A stretch of 64,000 nt of DNA, from positions 1 to 64,000 of the forward strand of contig JBOEGD010000010.1 in assembly GCA_050633245.1 (NCBI GenBank), in the 5' to 3' direction. The number at the start of each line of letters is the position of its first letter. The stretch's first letter is position 1. The notes under the pieces are model-generated. The model had not been told where the DNA came from. It was given only the letters and a program-made list of their open reading frames with translations, and did no database searches. This DNA is from Calditrichia bacterium (lineage in GTDB: Bacteria > Calditrichota > Calditrichia > RBG-13-44-9 > J075). The position numbers were made by a program, and so were the translations under genes. Below, piece after piece: positions 48,916 through 57,204 of the stretch.

Positions 48916-49635
48916 TCAATCATCCCGAGTGACAGTTCCACTTACATTACGGATAGTGACACTGCCGCTACCGGCATCACCAACATAGACATCTTTCGAT
49001 ACCGTGTCAATTGTGATGCTACCACTGCCGTCATCTTCGATGACGACGCTACCATCGACATTATTGATCGTCAAGCTACCGCTGCCATCATCAACTTCTA
49101 CCGTACCGGCAATATCTTCGATCGTAAGTCGGCCGCTACCGTCATCAATGCGCAGCTTTCCTGCAATATTGCGAACCCTCAGCTCACCACTGCCATCATC
49201 AATCTCAACATCTCCACGGATATTCTCGATCAGCGTAGAGCCGCTACCATCATCAATATCCATATCCATTTGCTTTGGCACTCTCACTTCCAGATCGACT
49301 GATACATACCCACTGCCAAACCACCGCCAGTTGCTGGTGTTTTCAACTTTTAGTAACGCATTTTTACCACGCTGCTTTAATGTAAAAATCAGCTTCTTAT
49401 CCACGTAGGTATTCAGATCTTCTTCGTCCATATTCTTACCGGATATCTTGGCATGAACAGTAATCTCATCAGCACCTTCCACACCGGTAACGTGTAATTC
49501 ACCACTGCCTACATCGATTTTCATATAGTCAATTGAGTTGGCGTCTAATGTCAGGTTACGTTCGATATAATCTTGCGCCATCAGGCTCCCGCCCAAAATA
49601 AGGCTCATTAAGATAGTCGTAAACATTGTTTTCAT
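48916..49635 (-). CDS. DUF4097/putative-adhesin beta-helix protein
   Basis: ATG 49635 with AAGGAG; signal peptide; six ~18-aa DDGSG-x-(L/I)-x-I repeats. The ORF-track extension to 49977 is spurious. Confidence 0.82.
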   Translation of the reverse strand: MKTMFTTILMSLILGGSLMAQDYIERNLTLDANSIDYMKIDVGSGELHVTGVEGADEITVHAKISGKNMDEEDLNTYVDKKLIFTLKQRGKNALLKVENTSNWRWFGSGYVSVDLEVRVPKQMDMDIDDGSGSTLIENIRGDVEIDDGSGELRVRNIAGKLRIDDGSGRLTIEDIAGTVEVDDGSGSLTINNVDGSVVIEDDGSGSITIDTVSKDVYVGDAGSGSVTIRNVSGTVTRDD

Positions 49636-49699
49636 TTGAGTCTCCTTGCTTTTGCATTTAATCAGACTACTGGTATAACATGGAAAAAGTTGCATTTCG

Positions 49700-49748
49700 G
49701 CAAGTAGCGAGTGGCAAAAAGCTAGACGCGAGATGTCAGATGCGAGAC
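49700..49748. repeat. Degenerate heptamer repeat (consensus GCGAGAY) x7
   Basis: gcaagta gcgagtg gcaaaaa gctagac gcgagat gtcagat gcgagac. Confidence 0.75.
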
Positions 49749-49877
49749 GAGCCAAGCGTATTAAGTTCGGTTGGATTCTATAATAGCAGTTATCAAGGCG
49801 AATGGCGAATAATTTAATTTTCAAAAAAAGGTTAAAATGATAGAAGTAATAGTGAAACCAATTTGGAAGGTTATTGG

Positions 49878-50246
49878 ATGGCTCGTCTACTAAAATTATC
49901 TCATAAATCGTTGGATGCATGGAAAGAAGCAATGCTCTTGTTAAAATTAACTTATAAAGAAACATCTTTTTTCCCACTGGTAGAGAGGTACGGACTTACT
50001 GCGCACTGTAGAAAAACCGCAACCTCGATTGTATCAAATATTGCGGAAGGGGCATCCAGAAAGACAATGAAAGAAAAAGCGCGGTTTTTCGAGATCGCAA
50101 GATCATCCCTTGTTGAGTTGGACACTCAATTTGAAATAGCTGAAAGCCTAGGATATATGAATCACCATTCAACTGAAAGGCTTGTATCAAGCTTTGGAAA
50201 AACTTTTGCACTTATTTCCGGACTAATCAAAGCCAATCGAAAATAA
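49878..50246 (+). CDS. Four-helix-bundle protein (IVP/TIGR02436, bAvd-like)
   Basis: HKSLDAW, FP-x-x-ERYGL, SIVSNIAEGASR, RFFEIARSSLVELDTQ; ATG 49878 with GGAAGG. Confidence 0.92.
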   Translation: MARLLKLSHKSLDAWKEAMLLLKLTYKETSFFPLVERYGLTAHCRKTATSIVSNIAEGASRKTMKEKARFFEIARSSLVELDTQFEIAESLGYMNHHSTERLVSSFGKTFALISGLIKANRK

Positions 50247-50251
50247 ACTCC

Positions 50252-50272
50252 TTCTTGCGTCTTGCGTCTTGC
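50252..50272. repeat. Heptamer repeat KTCTTGC x3
   Basis: ttcttgc gtcttgc gtcttgc, 5 nt after the stop; complementary to GCRAGAC at 49700-49748. Confidence 0.8.
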
Positions 50273-50293
50273 CACCCCAGATTCACGAACAAC

Positions 50294-50322
50294 TTGACAT
50301 CCTCGCTGAAATAGGCTAAAAT
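50294..50322 (+). promoter_or_regulatory. Sigma70 promoter for pruA
   Basis: TTGACA-17 nt-TAAAAT. Confidence 0.72.
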
Positions 50323-50399
50323 GCTGGTCGGTTTTTTCCGATAATAAAACTTTAAATTTCCGATAAAACACTACATTCTATTACAGGAGGAAAAGCGTT

Positions 50400-52031
50400 A
50401 TGTCCAATGCCTTCTTTAAAGTACCATCTCCAGTAAATGAACCCGTTCTACCCTATGGACCGGGCAGCGCAGAAAAAGCTGACATCCGTGCTAAGCTAGC
50501 GGAACTGAAAGCGAATCCTGTAGAAATTCCAATAATTATTGCCGGTGAAGAAATTAAAACCGGACGCATGGCAGAAATAACTGCCCCGCACGATCACTCC
50601 ATTAAACTTGGTAGTTATCATAAGGCAGGTGAAAAAGAAGTGAACATGGCTATCGAGGCCTGCCTGGCTGCACAGGCGGAATGGGCAGCACTGCCCTGGG
50701 AGCACCGTGCATCGGTCTTCCTGCGTGCCGCTGAGCTGCTTGCAGGACCATGGCGTTCCACTATCAATGCCGCAACAATGTTAGGACAGTCCAAAACTGT
50801 CTTTCAGGCAGAGATCGACTCCGCCTGTGAACTTATCGACTTCTGGCGCTTCAATGCCTACTACATGACCCAACTAATGGCCGATCAGCCTGAATCTTCA
50901 CCTGGTGTTTGGAATCGCGTTGAATACCGTCCTCTGGAGGGTTTTGTATTTGCCGTTACCCCTTTTAACTTTACATCTATCGCAGGTAACCTGCCAACCG
51001 CTCCGGCAATGGTAGGCTGTACTGCACTTTGGAAGCCGGCATCAAGCGCAGTTTATTCGGCCTACTTCCTGATGAAGCTTCTGGAAGAAGCTGGTCTGCC
51101 AAAAGGCGTTGTAAACTTTGTTCCCGGTTCTGGTGGCGAAGTAGGCAACCCCGTAATGGCAAGCCCGGATCTTGCAGGTGTTCACTTTACCGGTTCCACC
51201 AGCGTTTTTCAGGGCATGTGGAAAACTATTGGCGACAACATTCATAACATGAAGTATTATCCACGCGTGGTTGGTGAAACCGGTGGTAAAGACTTTATTT
51301 TTGCGCATCCAACTGCAGATCTTGAGCCGCTGGTAATTGCAGCGCTGCGCGGCGCGTTTGAATATCAGGGGCAGAAGTGTTCTGCCGCGTCGCGAATGTA
51401 TATTCCGAAATCGATGTATGCAGATTTCAAATCCCGCTATGTTGCTGAAGTAAACAAGGTCAAAGTTGGTGATGTGGAAGACTTTACCAACTTTATGGGC
51501 GCTGTTATCGACAAGGGAGCCTTTCGCAGCATTACCGAATACATCGACTACGCGGCTGAGAGTAATGAAGCGGAATTCATTACCGGTGGAAAATATGACG
51601 ATTCAAAGGGTTGGTTTATTGAGCCGACAACGATCGTTACAACCAATCCGACATTCAAAACCATGGCTGAAGAAATATTTGGCCCGGTTTTAACTATTTT
51701 TGTCTACGATGACGACAAGCTGGACGAAACGCTTGATCTCTGTGATACCACCTCAATGTATGCGCTCACCGGAGCCATCTGGGCAAAAGATCGCGCTGCT
51801 GTGGTAATGATGGCAGACCGTCTGCGCAATACAGCAGGTAACTTTTACATTAACGATAAGCCTACCGGAGCCGTTGTTGGACAGCAGCCATTTGGTGGTG
51901 GGCGTGCTTCAGGAACGAATGACAAAGCAGGTAGCGCCATGAACCTGCTGCGCTGGATGAGCGTGCGTACAATGAAAGAGACGCTGGTTCCGCCGGTTAA
52001 GTGGGACTATCCGTTTATGGGTGAGAAGTAA
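50400..52031 (+). CDS. pruA: L-glutamate gamma-semialdehyde (P5C) dehydrogenase
   Basis: QAEIDSACE, PFNFT, FTGST, GETGGK, FEYQGQKCSA, EEIFGP, GQQPFGG-x-RASGTNDK. Confidence 0.96.
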   Translation: MSNAFFKVPSPVNEPVLPYGPGSAEKADIRAKLAELKANPVEIPIIIAGEEIKTGRMAEITAPHDHSIKLGSYHKAGEKEVNMAIEACLAAQAEWAALPWEHRASVFLRAAELLAGPWRSTINAATMLGQSKTVFQAEIDSACELIDFWRFNAYYMTQLMADQPESSPGVWNRVEYRPLEGFVFAVTPFNFTSIAGNLPTAPAMVGCTALWKPASSAVYSAYFLMKLLEEAGLPKGVVNFVPGSGGEVGNPVMASPDLAGVHFTGSTSVFQGMWKTIGDNIHNMKYYPRVVGETGGKDFIFAHPTADLEPLVIAALRGAFEYQGQKCSAASRMYIPKSMYADFKSRYVAEVNKVKVGDVEDFTNFMGAVIDKGAFRSITEYIDYAAESNEAEFITGGKYDDSKGWFIEPTTIVTTNPTFKTMAEEIFGPVLTIFVYDDDKLDETLDLCDTTSMYALTGAIWAKDRAAVVMMADRLRNTAGNFYINDKPTGAVVGQQPFGGGRASGTNDKAGSAMNLLRWMSVRTMKETLVPPVKWDYPFMGEK

Positions 52032-52058
52032 ATCGCCTGAAAAAATATTGTAAAATGT

Positions 52059-52099
52059 AAAAAGGCCGGTTCGTCTACTTCTGACGAACCGGCCTTTTT
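52059..52099. terminator. Bidirectional terminator, copy 1 of a 41-bp direct repeat
   Basis: AAAAAGGCCGGTTCGTC-tacttct-GACGAACCGGCCTTTTT. Confidence 0.88.
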
Positions 52100-52118
52100 G
52101 TTTAGACTGAATCCTTTT

Positions 52119-52133
52119 TAATAATCATTATCA
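52119..52133. promoter_or_regulatory. Fur box
   Basis: TAATAATCATTATCA, one mismatch to the 7-1-7 consensus TGATAATnATTATCA, upstream of an iron-type TonB receptor. Confidence 0.75.
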
Positions 52134-52248
52134 AAGAGGAATCATTCTGCCTAAACAACAATTGTCCAATATATGAGGCGTTGATGGATTTTCTCCCCTT
52201 TGCTACTTTTATGTGAGTTTATAAGTAACACTACTGTAAAGGGTAATT

Positions 52249-54738
52249 ATGACGATTTGCTATCGATTCTTTTTTGGAAAAATATTGACCCTTGGATTGA
52301 TTGCAGCCTTTGGGTTAGCAAATGGACTTCTCGCCAATGAGACGGAAAGTAAGCTCTCACTTTCCGGGCAGGTTCTGGATGCAGCCACCGGTCAGCCGCT
52401 GGAAGGTGTAAATGTACTGATTGAGGCCGATGAACGTGGTGGTGCCACAGATCGCCAGGGGCGCTTCTTAATAGCCGGTATGAGTGAAGGACGTAAGCTG
52501 GTATCTGTTTCGCACATTGGATATTTTACGGTGGATACGATGTTGACCATCACCGCAACCCGCTCAGAAAAGCTGCTAATCTATATGGATGTTGAACCCG
52601 TTCATCTTGAGGAAATGGTGGTAGAGCGCGATATGCTTGTCGGCAGTATCGGCAATTTGCGTAACATCCCCGGTTCGGCACACTTCATTAGCGGGGAAGA
52701 GCTTGAAATTCACTCCAATAACGACATTCACCGTGCACTGCGCGGAATTCCCGGTGTCAATATGCAAGAAGAAGATGGCTTTGGTCTACGTCCAAATATC
52801 GGTTTTCGTGGAACCGGAGTAGAACGCAGCCAAAAGATCACGGTTATGGAAGATGGTGTTCTCGCTGCCCCCGCGCCTTACGCAGCGCCTGCGGCGTATT
52901 ACTTTCCCACCGTTGGGCGAATGCATGGGATTGAGGTTCGCAAAGGCTCCAGCCAGATCAAATATGGCCCGAACACCACCGGCGGTGTGCTAAATCTTAT
53001 ATCATCAGCTATTCCGGAGCAGCACAACTTGTATGCAAAAATAATGGGAGGCAGTGAGTTTGGCGGGACGCTACATGCCAGGGCCGGAACCTCAACACTA
53101 CATAGCGGAGTATTGCTAGAAACCTTCCAGGCACACTCCGACGGGTTTAAGGAATTGGATAATGGAAGTGATACAGGCTTTCTAAAGGGTGATTATTTGC
53201 TAAAGGGGCGATTGAATACAGATCCGGCCAATGTTGTCTATCATGAACTACAGCTTAAGGTGGGATATAGTGAAGAGAATTCTAATGAGACATATCTTGG
53301 TCTGACAGATGCCGACTATCTTGTGACACCACTTCGCCGTTATGCCGGGTCACAGGAAGATCAAATGCAAACTGAACATCGTCAGTATTCTGCGCGCTAT
53401 TTTGCGCGTTTTTCCAAGGGCGTCGATGTGACTACAACGCTTTATCGCAATGAATTTAGCCGCAATTGGTATAAGCTGGACAAAGTCTTTTTGGGAACTG
53501 AAACAGTTAGCATCGGCAGTATTCTTGATAACCCGGTGGCGTTCGAACAGGAGGTCGCCGTTCTTGCAGGTGCAGATAGTCCTACTGAAGATGCCCTGCA
53601 GGTTAAAGCCAATAATCGTGATTACTTTTCTCAGGGAGTGCAGAGCATACTTGGAATACAGAGTAATCTCTTCTCGGTTAACCACCTACTCGAAGTTGGA
53701 TTACGTTTGCATGAAGATGAAATGGATCGCTTTCAATGGGTCGATGGTTATCGCATGCGTGACGGCGTAATGACCTTAAGTGAGGCAGGTGTTCCGGGAA
53801 CGGAAAGCAATCGAATCGAGTCTGCATCCAGTATTGCTACTTTTGCTGAATATACGTTAAAGATGGGAGCGCTTACCGGTGTTGGTGGAATGCGACATGA
53901 GTCAATTTCAATTCGTCGCGATGATTATGGAAAAGAAGATCCGCAGCGCAGTGGCTTAAACCTTTCGAGTAGAGAGAATAAACTTTCTGTTTGGGTACCT
54001 GGTGTTGGTCTTAAATATGAATTGAATCCAACGCTCGGTATCTTTGCTGCAGCGCACAAGGGCTTTGCTCCTCCAGGATCCAAGGAAGAAACCGAGGCTG
54101 AGGAAAGCGTGAACTATGAATTTGGTCTGCGCTTTAATCGTCAGAGTTCACATCTTGAAATAGTAGCTTTTCGTAACGACTACAGCAATCTACTCGGTCT
54201 AGATTTAAATGCCGGTGGTGGTAGCGGAACCGGGGATTTGTTCAATGGTGGTGAAGTTATTGCTCAAGGGCTGGAGTTTGCAGCCGCTACCAATCTGGGG
54301 CAGTATCTCAACAATCGGGTTATTTTGCCCGCTCGATTAACGTATACCTACACTAATGCTTCGTTCCGTAGTGATTTTGAAAGTGACTTTGATCCTTGGG
54401 GGGATGTGCAGCATGGTGATGAATTACCCTATGTCTCAGCACATCAGCTTTTTATGAATATAGGTTGGATGACCTCTTCTTTTCTCATCGATGTCAGTAT
54501 GCGATATGCTGCTGCTGCACCTACCATTGCCGGACAGGGCAATCGTCCCGACTCCGAGTTTACCGATGCCTACGCGGTATTCGATGCCTCGCTTGAATAT
54601 TCGTTTAATCAGCGATATCAGATTGTTATGCTCACTAAAAATCTGACCGACCTGACCTACGTAGCTGCTCGTCGCCCGGCAGGTATTCGCCCAGGATTAC
54701 CCCGCACTCTCATGCTGGGTTTTCGCATTGATATATAG
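52249..54738 (+). CDS. TonB-dependent receptor, FecA-like
   Basis: Signal peptide; carboxypeptidase-regulatory-like N-domain; plug (IPGV...EDGFGLRPNIGFRG, IEVRKG...YGP...GGVLN); barrel ending NLTD...PGLPRT...FRIDI. Confidence 0.92.
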   Translation: MTICYRFFFGKILTLGLIAAFGLANGLLANETESKLSLSGQVLDAATGQPLEGVNVLIEADERGGATDRQGRFLIAGMSEGRKLVSVSHIGYFTVDTMLTITATRSEKLLIYMDVEPVHLEEMVVERDMLVGSIGNLRNIPGSAHFISGEELEIHSNNDIHRALRGIPGVNMQEEDGFGLRPNIGFRGTGVERSQKITVMEDGVLAAPAPYAAPAAYYFPTVGRMHGIEVRKGSSQIKYGPNTTGGVLNLISSAIPEQHNLYAKIMGGSEFGGTLHARAGTSTLHSGVLLETFQAHSDGFKELDNGSDTGFLKGDYLLKGRLNTDPANVVYHELQLKVGYSEENSNETYLGLTDADYLVTPLRRYAGSQEDQMQTEHRQYSARYFARFSKGVDVTTTLYRNEFSRNWYKLDKVFLGTETVSIGSILDNPVAFEQEVAVLAGADSPTEDALQVKANNRDYFSQGVQSILGIQSNLFSVNHLLEVGLRLHEDEMDRFQWVDGYRMRDGVMTLSEAGVPGTESNRIESASSIATFAEYTLKMGALTGVGGMRHESISIRRDDYGKEDPQRSGLNLSSRENKLSVWVPGVGLKYELNPTLGIFAAAHKGFAPPGSKEETEAEESVNYEFGLRFNRQSSHLEIVAFRNDYSNLLGLDLNAGGGSGTGDLFNGGEVIAQGLEFAAATNLGQYLNNRVILPARLTYTYTNASFRSDFESDFDPWGDVQHGDELPYVSAHQLFMNIGWMTSSFLIDVSMRYAAAAPTIAGQGNRPDSEFTDAYAVFDASLEYSFNQRYQIVMLTKNLTDLTYVAARRPAGIRPGLPRTLMLGFRIDI

Positions 54739-54754
54739 CTTCGGGTTGAGGCGA

Positions 54755-54795
54755 AAAAAGGCCGGTTCGTCTACTTCTGACGAACCGGCCTTTTT
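54755..54795. terminator. Bidirectional terminator, copy 2 of the 41-bp direct repeat
   Basis: Identical to 52059-52099 including the loop. Confidence 0.88.
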
Positions 54796-54815
54796 CGTTT
54801 CAAGGACGTGGGGAA

Positions 54816-55340
54816 TTATATTTGTGACCAGTCTGCTTCTGATTCTTCGGCTTGCTCAGGTGCTTCAGCTCCCTGCACTTCGCCATGGTAACGGCCGCGC
54901 TTACCACGCTTGCCTCCACGCATTCCCTTGCCTTTTTTGCCACCACGCTGACCTCGCTCAGACAACATTTTCATGTCAAACTTCTTCTGTTGGTCTGGCG
55001 TAAGCAGATCTCTAACTGCACGTTTATTCATCAACTTTTTCAGACTCATCTTTGCGCGCAGCTCACTTAGCTTACCGTGCAGGTTTTTAACTTTACCTTC
55101 ATCAAATTTATCGGCAACCATTGCCAACTTCAATTCGGCGCGAAGACCGGCAACCTGAGCGCGAACGGTTATCATTTCTTTCTGCATGTCAAGACGAAGA
55201 TCCGCAACTTGCGAGCGCTGCTCTTCAGTTAGATCTAATCCTCTCAAACCATGTTTACCACGCTTTTTATCAGGGTTTCCGGCAAATACTACAGCTGTTG
55301 CCAACAACAAAGTTATTGCTAAAATTAGTGCTCGTTTCAT
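54816..55340 (-). CDS. Spy/CpxP-family periplasmic protein
   Basis: Signal peptide; LDLTEEQ and LLTPDQ LTxxQ motifs. Confidence 0.85.
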   Translation of the reverse strand: MKRALILAITLLLATAVVFAGNPDKKRGKHGLRGLDLTEEQRSQVADLRLDMQKEMITVRAQVAGLRAELKLAMVADKFDEGKVKNLHGKLSELRAKMSLKKLMNKRAVRDLLTPDQQKKFDMKMLSERGQRGGKKGKGMRGGKRGKRGRYHGEVQGAEAPEQAEESEADWSQI

Positions 55341-55421
55341 TTGTTTCTCCTTCCCGAAGGAATTATATGTTCAGCATCTGAACTTGTTTTTTCGTTTCAC
55401 TCCAAATGGAGTCTTTTGATG

Positions 55422-55901
55422 TTAACGCCTTCGGCGTTTCTTACGTCCACGATCATCGGGCCCGGTTCTAAAGAGAATCGAAGACAAAACGCGTTGTTCG
55501 TCAAGTGTTAAAAATTCTTTTGCTTCTATAAAATCAATTATTGCTTTTTCCTGTATTTTCAGCTTTTTATCCGATATTTCCATTAAGAGTGAATCAGCCA
55601 TTTGTCTATCTGCTGTTTCTGCCAGCAAAACATCTTTCAGTTTTCTCTCATCACTCCTTATGCTCTCATGAATCGAATGAATTGATTCACGAAATGCTCT
55701 TGCTCTATCCATCAGCTGCTTATGCTTTTCCTTGTTCATGCTGCGTGGGAAACGCGGTCTGTCCATTTGCCCACGTGGTGGAGGTCCATTAAATCCAGGA
55801 CCGGGGCCGCCGTCAAAACGATAAAACAAATAGGTTCCAATGGTTGCCAGATTTACTACAATCAGGAATATTAGTATTCCTATTAGAAGCTTTATCTTCA
55901 T
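55422..55901 (-). CDS. Membrane-anchored periplasmic heavy-metal-sensor/CpxP-like protein
   Basis: One N-terminal TM (IVVNLATIG), Pro/Gly linker, helical domain with FLTLDEQ. Confidence 0.7.
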   Translation of the reverse strand: MKIKLLIGILIFLIVVNLATIGTYLFYRFDGGPGPGFNGPPPRGQMDRPRFPRSMNKEKHKQLMDRARAFRESIHSIHESIRSDERKLKDVLLAETADRQMADSLLMEISDKKLKIQEKAIIDFIEAKEFLTLDEQRVLSSILFRTGPDDRGRKKRRRR

Positions 55902-56335
55902 TCCTCTCCCTCCGTGGACAAGTCTTCACTCCAGCTATCGCCGAATACATCCTGTGTAAGAACGCTGGAGTAAATATCCAGATCGTTGCTGTAGCTCTCG
56001 GTGCTCCCCTGTTCGGCTAGTCCCTTACCGAGAAAAACCCCCATTGTGATTGCCAAAGCTAACATTGCACCTGAGAGAGAAAGTTGTTTCCATCCTCTTG
56101 CAATTCGGCTCGCTTCGTTCACACGGCTCGCTTTGATGCGAGTTGCCAGAAATGGATCTACTTCTAATTCGGGTAAGGGTTTTTTACCCGGCTCGTTAAG
56201 CAGTTCAGCCATGGAGTTAAAGTATGCCTCCATCTTTGGGTCTTGCTTAAGCTGCTCTTCAACCCATTTGCGAGTTTCCGAATCGAGCGTATTGTTTAAC
56301 CAATCGGTTAAATACTCCTGAAGACTGTTCTTCAT
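55898..56335 (-). CDS. Probable anti-sigma factor
   Basis: Directly after the ECF sigma; N-terminal helical domain, DPFLATRI, one TM. Confidence 0.7.
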   Translation of the reverse strand: MKNSLQEYLTDWLNNTLDSETRKWVEEQLKQDPKMEAYFNSMAELLNEPGKKPLPELEVDPFLATRIKASRVNEASRIARGWKQLSLSGAMLALAITMGVFLGKGLAEQGSTESYSNDLDIYSSVLTQDVFGDSWSEDLSTEGEE

Positions 56336-56352
56336 CTTATTCTCACTACTTG

Positions 56353-56382
56353 TTTAGACACATGATTTTTAGATTCATTGCA
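56353..56382 (-). promoter_or_regulatory. Putative ECF promoter, copy upstream of the anti-sigma
   Basis: TGCAA-N17-TGTCTAAA on the minus strand. Confidence 0.6.
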
Positions 56383-56413
56383 TCCTGCTTAAAAAAAACT
56401 CTGCTGCCGCTTC

Positions 56414-56992
56414 TTAAATATGGTCTTTCAATGGTGCCAATGCTGTAACGAGCATCTTTTTTGCGCGATGTATTCGCGCTTCAACGGCACTCATGCTAAG
56501 ATCCATCACTTCGGCAATTTCTTTATAGCTCATATCCTCATATCGATGCAGCTGGAAGGGCAAACGATACTTCGGTTTCAGCTTTTGCAATGATTGCCAA
56601 AGCAGATCATCACGTTCCTTCTTTTCCAATTTGCGATCCGGAGATATAAATCCACCTCTCCCAAAAGGCGTCTGCGATCGCTCATTCTGCAAAACATCTC
56701 CAATCTTTTGATCCATAACATCAAGCCAACGATAGCGGCGCTCGCGCTTCAGCACGTTCATTGCGTGGTTTAGTGCAATGCGATAGACCCAGGTATAGAT
56801 GGAAGATCGTCCATCGAAGGTAGACATTTTTTCATGCACCTTCATAAATACGTCCTGCGTTAAATCGCGTGCGCTTTCCTCGTCGCCCGTCATGCCGTAG
56901 AGCATATTCAAAATACGCTTTCCGTATTCTGAATATACCTCGTCAAATGTTACTGCATGCGGCTGCTTATTTCCGGCTTCCGGTCTCTGCAT
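56414..56992 (-). CDS. ECF sigma factor
   Basis: ARDLTQDVF, TWVYRIALN, MSYKEIAEVM...AVEARIHRAK. Confidence 0.95.
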   Translation of the reverse strand: MQRPEAGNKQPHAVTFDEVYSEYGKRILNMLYGMTGDEESARDLTQDVFMKVHEKMSTFDGRSSIYTWVYRIALNHAMNVLKRERRYRWLDVMDQKIGDVLQNERSQTPFGRGGFISPDRKLEKKERDDLLWQSLQKLKPKYRLPFQLHRYEDMSYKEIAEVMDLSMSAVEARIHRAKKMLVTALAPLKDHI

Positions 56993-57043
56993 ACATCCAG
57001 AATCAGTTGGGCTGATCCATATCCTCGCGTTCGTTTCTATTTA

Positions 57044-57073
57044 TTTAGACAGTAAGTCAGTTCAAAACTTGCA
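57044..57073 (-). promoter_or_regulatory. Putative ECF promoter, copy upstream of the sigma gene
   Basis: TGCAA-N17-TGTCTAAA, same motif and spacing as 56353-56382. Confidence 0.6.
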
Positions 57074-57204
57074 GAGAATTTCACTTTTTTTTGATTCAGT
57101 ATTAGCCAATCAATATCAATAATCCGATAAATTATCATTATGATAAAATTCGTCGTGTTACTAACTTAGGATAACCCAAAACTCTGAGATAAGCAATCTG
57201 GCCA

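Noticed and set aside
49636-49977. N-terminal extension of the DUF4097 ORF
   Set aside because: Runs across the repeat tract and antisense to the four-helix gene; a strong RBS and signal peptide begin at 49635.
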